Assembly: GCA_964433205.1 (NCBI GenBank)
Contig: CAYSRA010000003.1
Span: forward strand, 670 to 64,669
Reading direction: 5' to 3'
DNA from: an uncultured Thiohalobacter sp.
GTDB taxonomy: Bacteria > Pseudomonadota > Gammaproteobacteria > DSM-19610
DNA: 64,000 nucleotides
Numbering within the stretch: the first letter of the stretch is position 1; each line of letters begins with the position of its first letter. Shown piece after piece: positions 30,395 through 41,376 of the stretch. The notes below the pieces were generated by a model. It searched no databases, was not told the DNA's origin, and saw only the letters and a list, made by a program, of their open reading frames with translations. A program made the translations under genes and the position numbers.

Positions 30395-31708
30395 TCAGGC
30401 GCAGACCTGGTTACGGCCCTGGGCCTTGGCCACGTACAGGGCCCGGTCGGCGTCGCCGATCAGTTGCGTGAGGGTCATTTCCGGGTTGTTCTGGTTACTG
30501 CCGAGGCCGATACTGACAGTGATTGGAACATTGCCCGGGCGCAGGGCTTCAATATCCCGGCGCAGCTGTTCAGCGCACCGCTGGGCATCCCGATCACTGC
30601 AGCGGGGGATCAGCAGGGCAAATTCCTCGCCGCCAAAACGTACCGGCAGAGCGTTTTCCGGGAGCCGGTCGAGCAGTAGCTGACCAAGTGCTTCGAGCAC
30701 CCGATCGCCAACAATATGGCCGAATCTGTCGTTAATTTTCTTGAAATGGTCGATATCGAGCAGCACTGTGGCAACCGGGTGGTTGCGCTGGTCGGCGATA
30801 AACTGCTCGCCGTGGTCGAGCAGGTGGCGGCGGTTATAGACCCGGGTCAGGCTGTCAGTAATGGCCAGACGGTGCATTTCGTCGGTCTGCCGCTTGAGTG
30901 CGGCGAACTGCTGGCGGATCATCAGCAGCGAGCGGATGCGTGCCATCAGTACCTCTTCGACGATCGGTTTGGAGACAAAGTCATTGGCGCCGGCGTGGAA
31001 TACCTCGACCTGTTTTTCGCCGGCCTCCGACCCGGTGAGTACCAGCACCGGCATTTCCTGCTGGGAGTAGTGAAAACGGGCGCGGATCGCGTGCAGGAGA
31101 TCGCCGCCGGTGAGGCGTCCGAGCAGGTAAAAATCGGTAATAACGATATCGAAAGCCTCGCTCTCGCGCGGGCTACCGGCGGCGGTCTCACGCAACAGCT
31201 GGATGGCTTGTTCGGCGTTGGTGGTATGCGTTACCTGCAGCCCGTGGCGTTCCATGAGGCGCAGCATCACCGTCGCCGTCAACTGGCTGTCCTCCACGTA
31301 CAGGATGCGCCCGACCAGTCCCGAGTGGCGCTGTGCGAAGTCCATAATAAAGGATGCAAACGCGTGGTAGCCCAGTGACTTGTCGAAATAGTCGGTGACA
31401 CCGGCGGCGAAACCTTCGCGCAGCAGACGGGTGTCGGCATCGCCGGACACCACTATGGTGGGGGTGTAGTGATGGTGCTTCGAGGCGCGCACGTAACGGC
31501 ACAATTCCAGCCCGTCCTTGTCCGGCAGCATGAGTGCGGTGGTGATCAGGTCGAAGTGGCTGCGTTCCAGCCAGGCACAGGCTTCCTGCACTGTGCCACA
31601 GGTGGTGGTTTCGGTGTCGGGCATCTCATCGCTGAGGATGCGCGTGATGAGAGTGCGGGCGACTTCCGAGCCGTCCACCACCAGGATTCGATTCAATACT
31701 CGGGGCAT
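30395..31708 (-). CDS. Response regulator: pseudo-receiver + receiver + GGDEF diguanylate cyclase
   Basis: REC1 has Ala at the phospho-acceptor position (FDLITTALMLPDKDG). REC2 is canonical (YVEDS, DIVITDFYL, VLVLTG, DFVSKP). C-terminal RFGGEEF. Confidence 0.9.
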   Translation of the reverse strand: MPRVLNRILVVDGSEVARTLITRILSDEMPDTETTTCGTVQEACAWLERSHFDLITTALMLPDKDGLELCRYVRASKHHHYTPTIVVSGDADTRLLREGFAAGVTDYFDKSLGYHAFASFIMDFAQRHSGLVGRILYVEDSQLTATVMLRLMERHGLQVTHTTNAEQAIQLLRETAAGSPRESEAFDIVITDFYLLGRLTGGDLLHAIRARFHYSQQEMPVLVLTGSEAGEKQVEVFHAGANDFVSKPIVEEVLMARIRSLLMIRQQFAALKRQTDEMHRLAITDSLTRVYNRRHLLDHGEQFIADQRNHPVATVLLDIDHFKKINDRFGHIVGDRVLEALGQLLLDRLPENALPVRFGGEEFALLIPRCSDRDAQRCAEQLRRDIEALRPGNVPITVSIGLGSNQNNPEMTLTQLIGDADRALYVAKAQGRNQVCA

Positions 31709-31837
31709 GAATAAGCGCCTGCGTTGCGGATTCTTGTTATTGGTTCGAGACTATCCTGCATCCCACTGTGTCGGCGCCTTGATCCGGAAACTTTAGTGAA
31801 TTGTGGGCTGGCGGACATTTCCAGCCTGATCAGAGCA

Positions 31838-32770
31838 TTACCGTGGCTCGATAGCGGAGAGGTGGCGTCCTACAGCGATCCAGGCGCCGAGCAGGCCCAG
31901 GCCGGCGCCGCCCAGCAGCAGATAGAGCAGCTCACCTGCGGTGAGCATGTCGAGGCTGAAACTGCTCTGGTACAGGCCGACCAGACGGTGTACCGGGTCG
32001 AGCAGCTGCAGGAGCGCCAGTTCCACCAGCAGCGCGCCAGCCAGTGCACCGAACAAGCCGTACCACACGCCGGTATAGAGGAACGGACGGCGGATAAAGC
32101 CGCTGGTGGCACCAATCAACTTGGTTACCTCGATTTCCTCGCGGCGGTTCTGGATCTCCAGGCGGATGGTGTTGCCGATGATGAGCAGTACCGCCAGCCC
32201 CAGCAGTGCCGCCATTACCCGGATGGTGCGCCGCACGATTTCCACGATGGCATTGAAGCGTTTGACCCACTGCAGGTCGAGCTGGGCCAGTTCCACTTCG
32301 GGCAATGCGCGCAGCTTGTCGGTCAGTGCCGCCGCTGCCTGCGCCGTGGCGTGAGTGGTTGCCGGCTTGATAGCGAGTACCGCGGGCAGCGGGTTTTCGT
32401 CCAGCAGGTCCAGTGTCTGGCCAAAGCCCGATGCCTCGCGGAATTCCGCCAGCGCCTGTTCCGGCGTGATCAGTTGCAGCGATTCGATTTCCGGCCAGCG
32501 GGCCAGTTTTTTCTCCAGCGCGCGGGCCTGCCCGATGCTGACCGACGGGTGCAGGAACAGCGACAGGTTGGCGCCGCCATCCCATTGCGCGCCAAGTTTC
32601 TGCAGGTTGCCGGTCAACAGGTACAGGCCGGACGGCAGTGCCAGCGCAATGCCGATGACGGCGACGGTCATCAACGAGGCAAGCGGTGCCCGGTACAGCC
32701 TGCCCAGGCTGTTCAGCGCAACCTGCGCATGCCGGGTCAGGTAATTATGAACCGGGCGCGGCAGCCTCAT
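31838..32770 (-). CDS. ftsX: Cell division permease-like protein FtsX
   Basis: 310 aa, four-TM pattern. ATGA overlap with ftsE. Confidence 0.9.
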   Translation of the reverse strand: MRLPRPVHNYLTRHAQVALNSLGRLYRAPLASLMTVAVIGIALALPSGLYLLTGNLQKLGAQWDGGANLSLFLHPSVSIGQARALEKKLARWPEIESLQLITPEQALAEFREASGFGQTLDLLDENPLPAVLAIKPATTHATAQAAAALTDKLRALPEVELAQLDLQWVKRFNAIVEIVRRTIRVMAALLGLAVLLIIGNTIRLEIQNRREEIEVTKLIGATSGFIRRPFLYTGVWYGLFGALAGALLVELALLQLLDPVHRLVGLYQSSFSLDMLTAGELLYLLLGGAGLGLLGAWIAVGRHLSAIEPR

Positions 32771-33441
32771 GCGCCGCTGACCTCGCCGGTATTCAGCAGT
32801 TGCCCGTGTTCCAGGTGGAGCTGCGGGTAGGGCATGCGCGAGATCAGGTCAAGGTCGTGGCTGGCGATCAATACCGTCACGCCGACCTGATTGAACTGCT
32901 CGAACAGCTGCATGATGTCGCGCGACAGATCCGGATCAAGGTTACCGGTGGGTTCGTCGGCGAGCAGCAGCTTCGGCTTGTTGACGACCGCGCGGGCAAT
33001 GCCGACGCGTTGTTGTTCGCCGCCCGACAGGGTGACGGGAAAGGCGCGCTCGTGGCCCAGCAACCCGACCTTGTCGAGTGCTGCGCGTACCCGTCGGCCG
33101 ATATCCTGGTGACGGTAGCCGGCAATCACCAGCGGCAGTGCGACATTGTCGAACACGGTGCGGTCGAACAGCAGGCGGTGGTTCTGGAAGATCATGCCGA
33201 TCTTGCGCCGTACCATGGGAATGCGCCGTTTCGGCGTGCGTGACAGGTTCTCGCCGTCGAGAAACAGTTGTCCGCGCGTGGTGCGTTCGAGCAGTGCAAT
33301 CAGCTTGAGCAGGGTGCTTTTGCCGGCACCCGAGTGCCCGGTCAGAAATGCCATGCTGCCGGCTTCCATGTGCAGGTTGACGGCCTGCAGGGCGTCCTTG
33401 CCGCCGGGGTAGCGCTTGCAGACGTTATCGAAGCGAATCAT
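32767..33441 (-). CDS. ftsE: Cell division ATP-binding protein FtsE
   Basis: Walker [10 protein letters not shown], signature LSGGEQQR, Walker [10 protein letters not shown]. Start MIRFDNV at 33441. Confidence 0.95.
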   Translation of the reverse strand: MIRFDNVCKRYPGGKDALQAVNLHMEAGSMAFLTGHSGAGKSTLLKLIALLERTTRGQLFLDGENLSRTPKRRIPMVRRKIGMIFQNHRLLFDRTVFDNVALPLVIAGYRHQDIGRRVRAALDKVGLLGHERAFPVTLSGGEQQRVGIARAVVNKPKLLLADEPTGNLDPDLSRDIMQLFEQFNQVGVTVLIASHDLDLISRMPYPQLHLEHGQLLNTGEVSGA

Positions 33442-33476
33442 GGCGTAGCGAGCTGCCGTGTGGGGAAAACGGTGCG

Positions 33477-34472
33477 TCAATCACGTTCAAACAGGGCGTC
33501 GACAAACTCACGGGCGTTGAACGGTCGCAGATCCTCGATACTCTCCCCGACGCCGATAAAACGTATCGGGATGCCGATCTGACTGGCAATGGCGAAAATG
33601 ATACCGCCCCTGGCGGTGCCGTCCAGCTTGGTCAGGGTGATGCCGGTGAGGTGCATGGCCTGGTTGAATTCGCGCGCCTGGTTGAGTGCGTTCTGCCCGG
33701 TGCCTGCATCGACTACCAGCATCACCTCGTGCGGGGCGTTTTCGTCGATCTTGCCCAGTACACGGCGGATCTTCTTCAGTTCCTCCATCAGGTTGGACTG
33801 GGTGTGCAGGCGGCCGGCGGTGTCGGCAATCAGAACGTCGATGTTGCGCGAACGCGCAGCCTGCAGTGCGTCAAAAATCACCGAGGCCGAATCGGACCCC
33901 TGTTGCTGGGCGATCACCGGTACGTCATTACGTTCACCCCAGGCTTGTAATTGCTCCACGGCCGCGGCGCGGAAGGTGTCACCGGCGGCCAGCATCACCG
34001 AATGCCCTTCGTTTTTCAGGCGGTGGGCGATCTTGCCAATGGTGGTGGTTTTGCCGGCGCCATTGATACCGACCATCAGCAGCACGAAGGGATGCTCGGA
34101 GTCGGGTATTTCCAGCGGCGCCTCCACGGGTTCGAGCATAGCGGTCATGTCTTCGCGCAGCGCCGCTATCAGTGCGTCGGCGTCGGCCAGCTGTTTGCGG
34201 GCGACGCGCCGGGTCAGGTCGTTGATGATGGTCTGTGTGGCTTCGACCCCGACATCGGCGGTAAGCAGCTGTGTTTCCAGGTCTTCGAGCAGCTCGTCGT
34301 CGATCTGTTTGCGGCCCAGCACCAGGTTGGCGATGCCCTCGGTGAGGCCGCTGCGGGTTTTCGACAGGCCGGCCTTCAGACGGCCGAACAGGCCGGGCGT
34401 GCTGTCCTTCTCAGGTGCCTTGCCGGTGTTGCCGTCGGACGGAGCGGATTTTTTCTTGCCGAAACCAAACAT
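33477..34472 (-). CDS. ftsY: Signal recognition particle receptor FtsY
   Basis: GVNGAGKTTT, DTAGR and LTKLDGTARGG SRP-GTPase motifs. Confidence 0.95.
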   Translation of the reverse strand: MFGFGKKKSAPSDGNTGKAPEKDSTPGLFGRLKAGLSKTRSGLTEGIANLVLGRKQIDDELLEDLETQLLTADVGVEATQTIINDLTRRVARKQLADADALIAALREDMTAMLEPVEAPLEIPDSEHPFVLLMVGINGAGKTTTIGKIAHRLKNEGHSVMLAAGDTFRAAAVEQLQAWGERNDVPVIAQQQGSDSASVIFDALQAARSRNIDVLIADTAGRLHTQSNLMEELKKIRRVLGKIDENAPHEVMLVVDAGTGQNALNQAREFNQAMHLTGITLTKLDGTARGGIIFAIASQIGIPIRFIGVGESIEDLRPFNAREFVDALFERD

Positions 34473-34548
34473 CGTTTTTGCTGTCTACTTGGGTTCGCGT
34501 ATCCTATCATTCCCCTTCATTTACGGATAGGACGAAAAGGAGTCAGTA

Positions 34549-35916
34549 ATGCGAGGATTACTCGCGCTCGTTCTGGGGCTGGGCGTCAGCCTCGCCTGGG
34601 CCGCCCCGGCGATTCATGAATACAAACTCGACAACGGCCTGAAGTTGATTGTAAAAGAGGACCACCGTGCACCCGTGATGGTATCCCAGGTGTGGTACAA
34701 GGTCGGTTCCAGTTACGAACACGGCGGAATTACCGGCATTTCCCACGTGCTGGAGCACATGATGTTCAAGGGCACGAAGGCGCACCCTGCCGGCGAGTTC
34801 TCTCGCATCATTTCCGAAAACGGCGGACGAGAGAACGCCTTCACCAACCAGGACTACACAGCCTATTTCCAGACTATGGAGAAAAACCGGCTGGAAGTGA
34901 GTTTCGAACTCGAAGCCGACCGTATGCGCAACCTGGTGCTGCCGGAGGACGAGTTCCTCAAGGAGGTACGGGTGGTCATGGAGGAGCGTCGTATGCGCAC
35001 CGAGGATAATCCGCAGGCGCTGACCTGGGAGCAGTTCAACGCCGCGGCGTTTGTCAGCAGCCCCTACCGCACACCGGTGATCGGCTGGATGGACGACCTC
35101 GAGTCGATGCGCATCGAGGACCTGCGCGCCTGGTACCGGCAATGGTATGCACCCAACAATGCCACCGTAGTGGTCGCCGGTGACGTCGATCCCGACGACG
35201 TGCTGCGGCTGGCGCGGCGTTACTTCGGGCCGCTGAAGCCGAGCGACATCGCGCCGCTCAAACCGCGCCGGGAAATCCGACAGCTTGGTATCAAGCGCGT
35301 GCAGGTCAAGGCGCCGGCCGAACTGCCCTATCTTCTGATGGGCTACAAGACCCCCGTGGTGCTGACCGTGGACGAGGCCGAAGCCTGGGAACCCTACGCT
35401 CTGGAAGTGCTCGCCGGCGTACTGGACGGCGGCAGCGGTGCGCGACTGGCCAGCGACCTGGTGCGCGGTACGGCAATTGCCGCCGCGGTCGGCGCGAGTT
35501 ACGACGCACATGACCGTATGCAGAACCTGTTCCAGTTGTCGGGCACACCGTCGCGCGGCCACACGGTCGCGGAACTGGAGGCCGCGTTGCGTGAACAGGT
35601 GCAGAAGCTCAAGGATGAACCGGTGGGCAAGACAGAACTGGACCGGGTCAAGGCGCAGATTCGTGCGCAAAAGGTCTACGAACAGGACTCGATTTTCTAT
35701 CAGGCGATGCAGATCGGCGTACTGGAAACTATCGGCCTGAGCTGGCGCGAACTGGAGCGCTACCATCGGCAGATTCAGGCGGTGACGCCGGAACAGATCA
35801 TGGCGGTGGCGAAAAAGTATCTGGTCGACGATCATCTGACGGTGGCGGAACTGGTGCCGCAGCCGATCGATCCGAAGCACCCGCCGCGTCGTGCCGGAGG
35901 TGGTCATGTACGCTAG
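34549..35916 (+). CDS. M16 family zinc peptidase (active subunit)
   Basis: Signal peptide and HxxEH motif in GISHVLEHMMFKGT. Confidence 0.9.
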   Translation: MRGLLALVLGLGVSLAWAAPAIHEYKLDNGLKLIVKEDHRAPVMVSQVWYKVGSSYEHGGITGISHVLEHMMFKGTKAHPAGEFSRIISENGGRENAFTNQDYTAYFQTMEKNRLEVSFELEADRMRNLVLPEDEFLKEVRVVMEERRMRTEDNPQALTWEQFNAAAFVSSPYRTPVIGWMDDLESMRIEDLRAWYRQWYAPNNATVVVAGDVDPDDVLRLARRYFGPLKPSDIAPLKPRREIRQLGIKRVQVKAPAELPYLLMGYKTPVVLTVDEAEAWEPYALEVLAGVLDGGSGARLASDLVRGTAIAAAVGASYDAHDRMQNLFQLSGTPSRGHTVAELEAALREQVQKLKDEPVGKTELDRVKAQIRAQKVYEQDSIFYQAMQIGVLETIGLSWRELERYHRQIQAVTPEQIMAVAKKYLVDDHLTVAELVPQPIDPKHPPRRAGGGHVR

Positions 35917-35941
35917 GCCGGTCACACCACAAGGGAACCTT

Positions 35942-37267
35942 ATGCAGACGTTTTTCACCGTTGCGCTGGCAACGTTGCTCACCGTCCTGAGCGGTAGCGC
36001 GCAGGCGTTACCGGATATCCAGAGCTGGAATACCGAAAAGGGTGCGAAGGTGCTGTTCGTCGAGGCCCCGGAGTTGCCGATGGTGGATATCCGCCTGGTA
36101 TTCGACGCCGGCAGCGCCCGGGACGGTAAACAGGCGGGCGTCGCCAGGCTGACCAGTGCCCTGCTGGACCAGGGTGCCGACGGCCTCAGTGCCGACCAGA
36201 TTGCGCGCGGCCTGGAGCAGCGCGGTGCCATACTGGGCAGTGGTTCCGAGCGTGATATGGCATGGCTGTCGCTGCGCAGCCTGGTCGATCCGGCGTTGCT
36301 GGAGCCTTCGCTCGGGCTGTTCGGCAAGGTGCTGGCAAAGCCGGATTTCCCGCAGGCGGATTTTGCCCGTGAGCAGAAGCGTATGCTGATCGGCCTGCAG
36401 TACGAGAAACAGAAGCCCGGTGCCATCGCCAAGAAGACCTTCTACCGCGAACTGTACGGCGATCACCCCTATGCCAGTCATCCGTCCGGTACCGTGGACA
36501 GTGTGAAGGCGCTGGGCGTGGCGGACCTGCGCGCCTTCTACAGGCGTTACTACGTCGCCCGTAATGCCACGGTGGTGATCGTCGGCAAGCTCGACCGTGC
36601 GCAGGCGGAAGGTATTGCCGCGCGGCTGGCGGACAGTTTGCCCGCCGGCGAGAAGGCGGCACCGTTACCACCGGTCACAGCACCTGCCGAGGCGCGTGAG
36701 ACCTTCATCGAGCACCCCTCCAGCCAGAGTCATGTGCTGATGGGGCAACCCGGGCTGCGGCGCAAGGACGACGATTATTTCCCGCTGTACGTGGGGAATC
36801 ATATCCTCGGCGGCAGCGGGCTGGTGTCGCGCATCAGCGATGAGATCCGCGAGAAGCGCGGCCTGGCCTACAGCGCCTACAGTTACTTTATCCCGATGGC
36901 GCAGCAGGGGCCGTTCCTGCTCGGTTTCCAGACCCGTAACGACCAGCGCGCCGAGGCGCTCAGGGTGTTGCGCGATACCTTGTCCGATTTTGTTGCATCG
37001 GGGCCGACGGACAAGGAGCTGGCCGCGGCGAAAAACAACATCATCAGCGGTTTTCCGCTGCGTGTTGCCAGCAACAGTAAAATCGCTGAATACCTTGCGG
37101 TGATCGGATTTTACGACCTGCCGCTGGATTACCTGCAGCGTTTCACCGCCGAGGTCGACGCGGTGACAGTAGGAAAGATCCGCGCGGCATGGCAGCGGCG
37201 CATCCATCCGGACAAGATGGTAACAGTGATCGTTGGCGGTGCAGTGGCGGACGGCGCGACACCGTAA
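35942..37267 (+). CDS. M16 family peptidase-like protein (no HxxEH motif seen)
   Basis: Signal peptide MQTFFTVALATLLTVLSGSAQA behind AAGGGA. Insulinase-fold pattern. The track ORF starts at 35891. Confidence 0.85.
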   Translation: MQTFFTVALATLLTVLSGSAQALPDIQSWNTEKGAKVLFVEAPELPMVDIRLVFDAGSARDGKQAGVARLTSALLDQGADGLSADQIARGLEQRGAILGSGSERDMAWLSLRSLVDPALLEPSLGLFGKVLAKPDFPQADFAREQKRMLIGLQYEKQKPGAIAKKTFYRELYGDHPYASHPSGTVDSVKALGVADLRAFYRRYYVARNATVVIVGKLDRAQAEGIAARLADSLPAGEKAAPLPPVTAPAEARETFIEHPSSQSHVLMGQPGLRRKDDDYFPLYVGNHILGGSGLVSRISDEIREKRGLAYSAYSYFIPMAQQGPFLLGFQTRNDQRAEALRVLRDTLSDFVASGPTDKELAAAKNNIISGFPLRVASNSKIAEYLAVIGFYDLPLDYLQRFTAEVDAVTVGKIRAAWQRRIHPDKMVTVIVGGAVADGATP

Positions 37268-37282
37268 GTACGGGCACCCGAT

Positions 37283-37861
37283 ATGCCGGCGGCAACCAAC
37301 CAGGTGCGGATCATCGCCGGGCGCTGGCGCGGCAGCAAGCTGGTATTCCCGGATGCCAGCGGACTGCGGCCGACCCCCGACCGTATCCGCGAAACCCTGT
37401 TCAACTGGCTCGCCGCGGTCGTGCCGGGCGCGCGCTGCCTGGACCTGTTTGCCGGTAGTGGCGCACTGGGTTTCGAGGCGGCCTCGCGCGGAGCCGCGCA
37501 GGTGGTGATGCTGGAACGCAACCCGGAAATCGTCTCGGCGTTGCGGGTCAGTCGCGAACGGCTCGATGATGGCCGTATCGAAATTCATGCGACCGACGCC
37601 AGCGCCTGGTTGCGCCACTGCGATGCTCCATTCGATCTGGTGTTTGTGGATCCACCGTTTGCCGATCCGCAGTTGCTGGCAGACAGCATTGCGGAACTGT
37701 CCGACCATGGCTGCGTGAAGCCCGGCGGGCGGATTTACCTGGAGCTTCCCAAACAGGCGCCGCTGCCCGAACTGCCCGCTGACTGGCTCCAGGAGAAGGC
37801 GAAAACGGCCGGCCAGATCGGTTATTACCTGTTTCGTCGGAGCATCGATACAACCCCCTGA
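37283..37861 (+). CDS. rsmD: 16S rRNA (guanine966-N2)-methyltransferase
   Basis: RIIAGRWRGSKL, LRPTPDRIRETLFNWL, DLVFVDPPF. Confidence 0.9.
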   Translation: MPAATNQVRIIAGRWRGSKLVFPDASGLRPTPDRIRETLFNWLAAVVPGARCLDLFAGSGALGFEAASRGAAQVVMLERNPEIVSALRVSRERLDDGRIEIHATDASAWLRHCDAPFDLVFVDPPFADPQLLADSIAELSDHGCVKPGGRIYLELPKQAPLPELPADWLQEKAKTAGQIGYYLFRRSIDTTP

Positions 37862-37969
37862 GAAGGGCGTCACGAGGCATCCGTGTCACGGCAGGCGGTT
37901 GTTTGCGCGTGCACTTGTGCGTAGATTGCCGTTTACGGATTCATTGACAGACGCTTCCACAGGATCACT

Positions 37970-38446
37970 ATGCAGACAGCCGTTTACCCGGGGACATTCG
38001 ACCCCATTACCAATGGACATACCGACCTGATCGAGCGTGCGGCGAAGCGTTTCGAGCGCGTGATCGTGGCGGTGCACGATAACAGCACCAAGGCCCCGGC
38101 GCTCGACTGGCAGGAGCGTATCGGGCTGGCGCGCGCGGTCCTCGAAGGCCACGATAATGTCGTGGTCGAGGGCTTCAACGGTTTGCTGGTGGAGTTTGCC
38201 CGCCAGCAGGGAGCGGGGGTGATATTGCGCGGTTTGCGCGCGGTTTCCGACTTCGAGTACGAATTCCAGCTGGCCAGCATGAACCGCCAGCTGGCGCCGG
38301 AGATCGAGACCCTGTTCATGACACCGGACGAGCACTATGCATACGTTTCGTCCAGCCTTGTGCGGGAAATCGCCGCGCTGGGTGGCGACGTTACCCCCTT
38401 TGTTCATAGGGAAGTTGTGGCTGCATTGAAGCGGCGATTGGGATAA
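37970..38446 (+). CDS. coaD: Phosphopantetheine adenylyltransferase
   Basis: [21 protein letters not shown]. Confidence 0.95.
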   Translation: MQTAVYPGTFDPITNGHTDLIERAAKRFERVIVAVHDNSTKAPALDWQERIGLARAVLEGHDNVVVEGFNGLLVEFARQQGAGVILRGLRAVSDFEYEFQLASMNRQLAPEIETLFMTPDEHYAYVSSSLVREIAALGGDVTPFVHREVVAALKRRLG

Positions 38447-38749
<303 letters not shown>

Positions 38750-38802
38750 TTCGTGCCCTGGTGACAGCACCCTTGTTCAGGCTCCTTTATGGAGCCTTTT
38801 TA

Positions 38803-40512
38803 ATGCGCGTGGTTCACCGGCGGGCGGGCTTGCGCCGTCTGTGCCTGAGTGTGACTTTTCTGCTGCTGGTGCCCGCGATTGCACCTGCCGGCGACCAGCC
38901 GGCGCCGCCGCGTCCGGCGGCACAGGCGATTGCTTCTGCGCACCCGCTGGCGACGCAGGCCGGGATGCAGATTCTGGCCGCGGGCGGAAATGCCTTCGAT
39001 GCCGCAGTCGCGGTCAGTGCCGCGCTGGGCGTGGTGGAACCTTACAGTTCCGGTATCGGTGGCGGCGGCTTCTGGCTGCTGCACCGCGCCCGTGACGGCA
39101 AGCAGGTCATGCTCGACGGTCGCGAGCGGGCGCCGCTGGCGGCACACCGCGACATGTATCTGGATGCACGGGGTAAGGTGGTGCCGGGTTTGTCCATGGA
39201 CGGCGGGCTTGCGGCCGCGATCCCCGGCGAACCGGCGGCGCTGGTGTGGCTGGCAGAGCGCTATGGTCGCCTGCCCCTGAAACAGTCGCTGGCGCCGGCG
39301 ATTGAACTGGCGCAGGCCGGTTTCCCCGTCGATGCCCACTACCGGCGCATGGCGCGCTTCAGGCAGCAGGTGTTGCGCCGCTCGCCGGCTGCGGCGAAGG
39401 TTTTCCTGCAGCATGGCGATGTGCCTGAGGAAGGCGCGATAATCCGCCAGCCGGAACTGGCCGCGACGTTGCGCGCGCTGGCGCAGCAGGGGCGGGACGG
39501 GTTCTATGCCGGTGAGATTGCGCGGCGCCTGGTGGACGGTGTGCGCAAGGCGGGTGGTATATGGACGCTGGAGGATCTCGCGCAATACCGGGTGATCGAA
39601 CGCCGGCCGGTCAGCTTCGGTTTTCGTGGTCGGCGTATCGTCGCCGCCGCACTGCCGTCTTCCGGCGGTGTGGGGCTGGCGACCATGCTGAACATTCTCG
39701 CGGGCTATCCGCTGGCGCGGCTCGAGCCGGCACAACGCACCCATTTCATCGTCGAGGCCATGCGCCGCGCCTACCGCGATCGCGCCCAGTATCTCGGTGA
39801 CCCGGACTTTGTCGAGGCGCCCGTGGCGCTGCTGGTGGACCCGCGCTACGCCGATGGATTGCGCGCCTCGATTCACCCGCAACACGCCACGCCGAGCCGA
39901 CTGCTGCCGGGCAAGGCCGTGTTGTCGGCGGGTGCCGATACCACGCACTTCTCCATTCTTGACCGCGACGGCAACCGCGTCGCGGCGACGCTGAGCATCA
40001 ACTACCCGTTCGGCGCGGCTTTTGTGGCGCCGGGCACCGGCGTGCTGCTGAATGACGAGATGGACGATTTCTCGGCCAAGCCCGGTGTACCCAACGCCTA
40101 TGGACTGGTCGGCGCCGAAGCCAACGCTATTGAGCCCGGCAAGCGCCCACTGTCCAGCATGACACCGACCTTCGTCGAGTCGGAGCACGGTGTGGCGATA
40201 CTGGGCACACCGGGTGGCAGCCGCATCATCACCATGGTGTTGCTGGCGATACTCGATATCAGTGAAGGCCACGGCCCGGCTTCGTGGGTAGCGCTGCCGC
40301 GTTTCCACCACCAGTTTCTACCCGATGTCATCCAGTTCGAGCCGGGCGCCCTGTCGGCCGAAACGCAACGCGCGTTGCGCGACCGCGGGTACGCATTGAA
40401 ACAGATGAAATCCACCTGGGGCAATATGCAGGCAGTGTATTTCGACTATCAATCAGGCAAGGTGCAGGCGGCTTCCGATCCCCGCGGCATCGGCCTCGCC
40501 AGCGTGCACTGA
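38803..40512 (+). CDS. ggt: Gamma-glutamyltransferase
   Basis: Signal peptide after MRVVHRRAGLRRL. Autoprocessing site GADTTHFSILD. GGSRIIT. The track ORF start at 38536 overlaps the ferredoxin gene. Confidence 0.9.
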   Translation: MRVVHRRAGLRRLCLSVTFLLLVPAIAPAGDQPAPPRPAAQAIASAHPLATQAGMQILAAGGNAFDAAVAVSAALGVVEPYSSGIGGGGFWLLHRARDGKQVMLDGRERAPLAAHRDMYLDARGKVVPGLSMDGGLAAAIPGEPAALVWLAERYGRLPLKQSLAPAIELAQAGFPVDAHYRRMARFRQQVLRRSPAAAKVFLQHGDVPEEGAIIRQPELAATLRALAQQGRDGFYAGEIARRLVDGVRKAGGIWTLEDLAQYRVIERRPVSFGFRGRRIVAAALPSSGGVGLATMLNILAGYPLARLEPAQRTHFIVEAMRRAYRDRAQYLGDPDFVEAPVALLVDPRYADGLRASIHPQHATPSRLLPGKAVLSAGADTTHFSILDRDGNRVAATLSINYPFGAAFVAPGTGVLLNDEMDDFSAKPGVPNAYGLVGAEANAIEPGKRPLSSMTPTFVESEHGVAILGTPGGSRIITMVLLAILDISEGHGPASWVALPRFHHQFLPDVIQFEPGALSAETQRALRDRGYALKQMKSTWGNMQAVYFDYQSGKVQAASDPRGIGLASVH

Positions 40513-40523
40513 GCGTTGCCGCC

Positions 40524-41339
40524 TCAGCGCTGGCAGTGTGCGCAGTAGAAGGTCGAACGCTGGCCGCTGCGCGTTTCGCGTATTGCTGCACCACACTGCA
40601 AACAGGGTTGCGAGGTGCGGCCGTAGACGCGCAACGATTGCTGGAAGTACCCTGGCTTGCCGTCGCTGTTGAGGAAATCCCTCAGCGTGGTACCGCCCTG
40701 GCGGATGGCCTCAGCGAGTACCTCACGAACGGCGTCAGCGAGCCGCAGGTAGCGTGCCCGGCTGATGCGGCCGGCTGCGCGCGCAGGATGGATGCCGGCC
40801 GTGAACAGCGCTTCGTTGGCGTAGATGTTGCCAACGCCCGCTACGGTATGACTGTCCATGATGAACGCCTTGATCGCCAGTTTTCTGCCGCGTGATTGCC
40901 GAAACAGATACTCGCCGCTGAAGTCCTCGCCCAGTGGTTCCGGACCCAGCGTCGCCAGTAACGGGTGCTGTGTTGCGTCCTGTTCGCACCACAGCCAGGC
41001 GCCGAAGCGGCGCGGGTCCGTATAACGCAGTATTCGCTTTGCGCCAAAATGCAGGTCGATGTGGTCGTGTACTTCGGGTGCCAGCGTGGTATCGATGATA
41101 CGCAGGCTGCCGGACATACCCAGATGAATGATCAGGGTGCCGTGCGAGGTTTCGATCAGCAGGTACTTCGCGCGCCGGGCAACGCGCAGGATCTTCGCCC
41201 CGACGATATTTTCAACCAGTGTGTCGGGCACCGGCCAGCGCAGCTGCTTCTGGCGCACGGTGATGGCCCTGACGCGTGCGCCGACCAGGTGCGGCTCGAT
41301 GCCGCGCCGCGTGGTTTCGACTTCGGGAAGTTCAGGCAT
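40524..41339 (-). CDS. mutM: Formamidopyrimidine-DNA glycosylase
   Basis: MPELPEVETTRRG and a C-terminal zinc finger, CLQCG...YCAHCQ. Confidence 0.95.
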   Translation of the reverse strand: MPELPEVETTRRGIEPHLVGARVRAITVRQKQLRWPVPDTLVENIVGAKILRVARRAKYLLIETSHGTLIIHLGMSGSLRIIDTTLAPEVHDHIDLHFGAKRILRYTDPRRFGAWLWCEQDATQHPLLATLGPEPLGEDFSGEYLFRQSRGRKLAIKAFIMDSHTVAGVGNIYANEALFTAGIHPARAAGRISRARYLRLADAVREVLAEAIRQGGTTLRDFLNSDGKPGYFQQSLRVYGRTSQPCLQCGAAIRETRSGQRSTFYCAHCQR

Positions 41340-41376
41340 GGTTCAACATTAAAAGGCCTGACCCGGAGGTCTGGCG

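Noticed and set aside
34558-37873. 624-aa and 402-aa minus-strand ORFs (34558-36432 and 36665-37873)
   Set aside because: They are antisense shadows of the two M16 peptidase genes and rsmD.
38800-40311. 503-aa minus-strand ORF
   Set aside because: It is antisense to ggt, whose signal peptide and Thr autoprocessing site identify the plus-strand frame as real.
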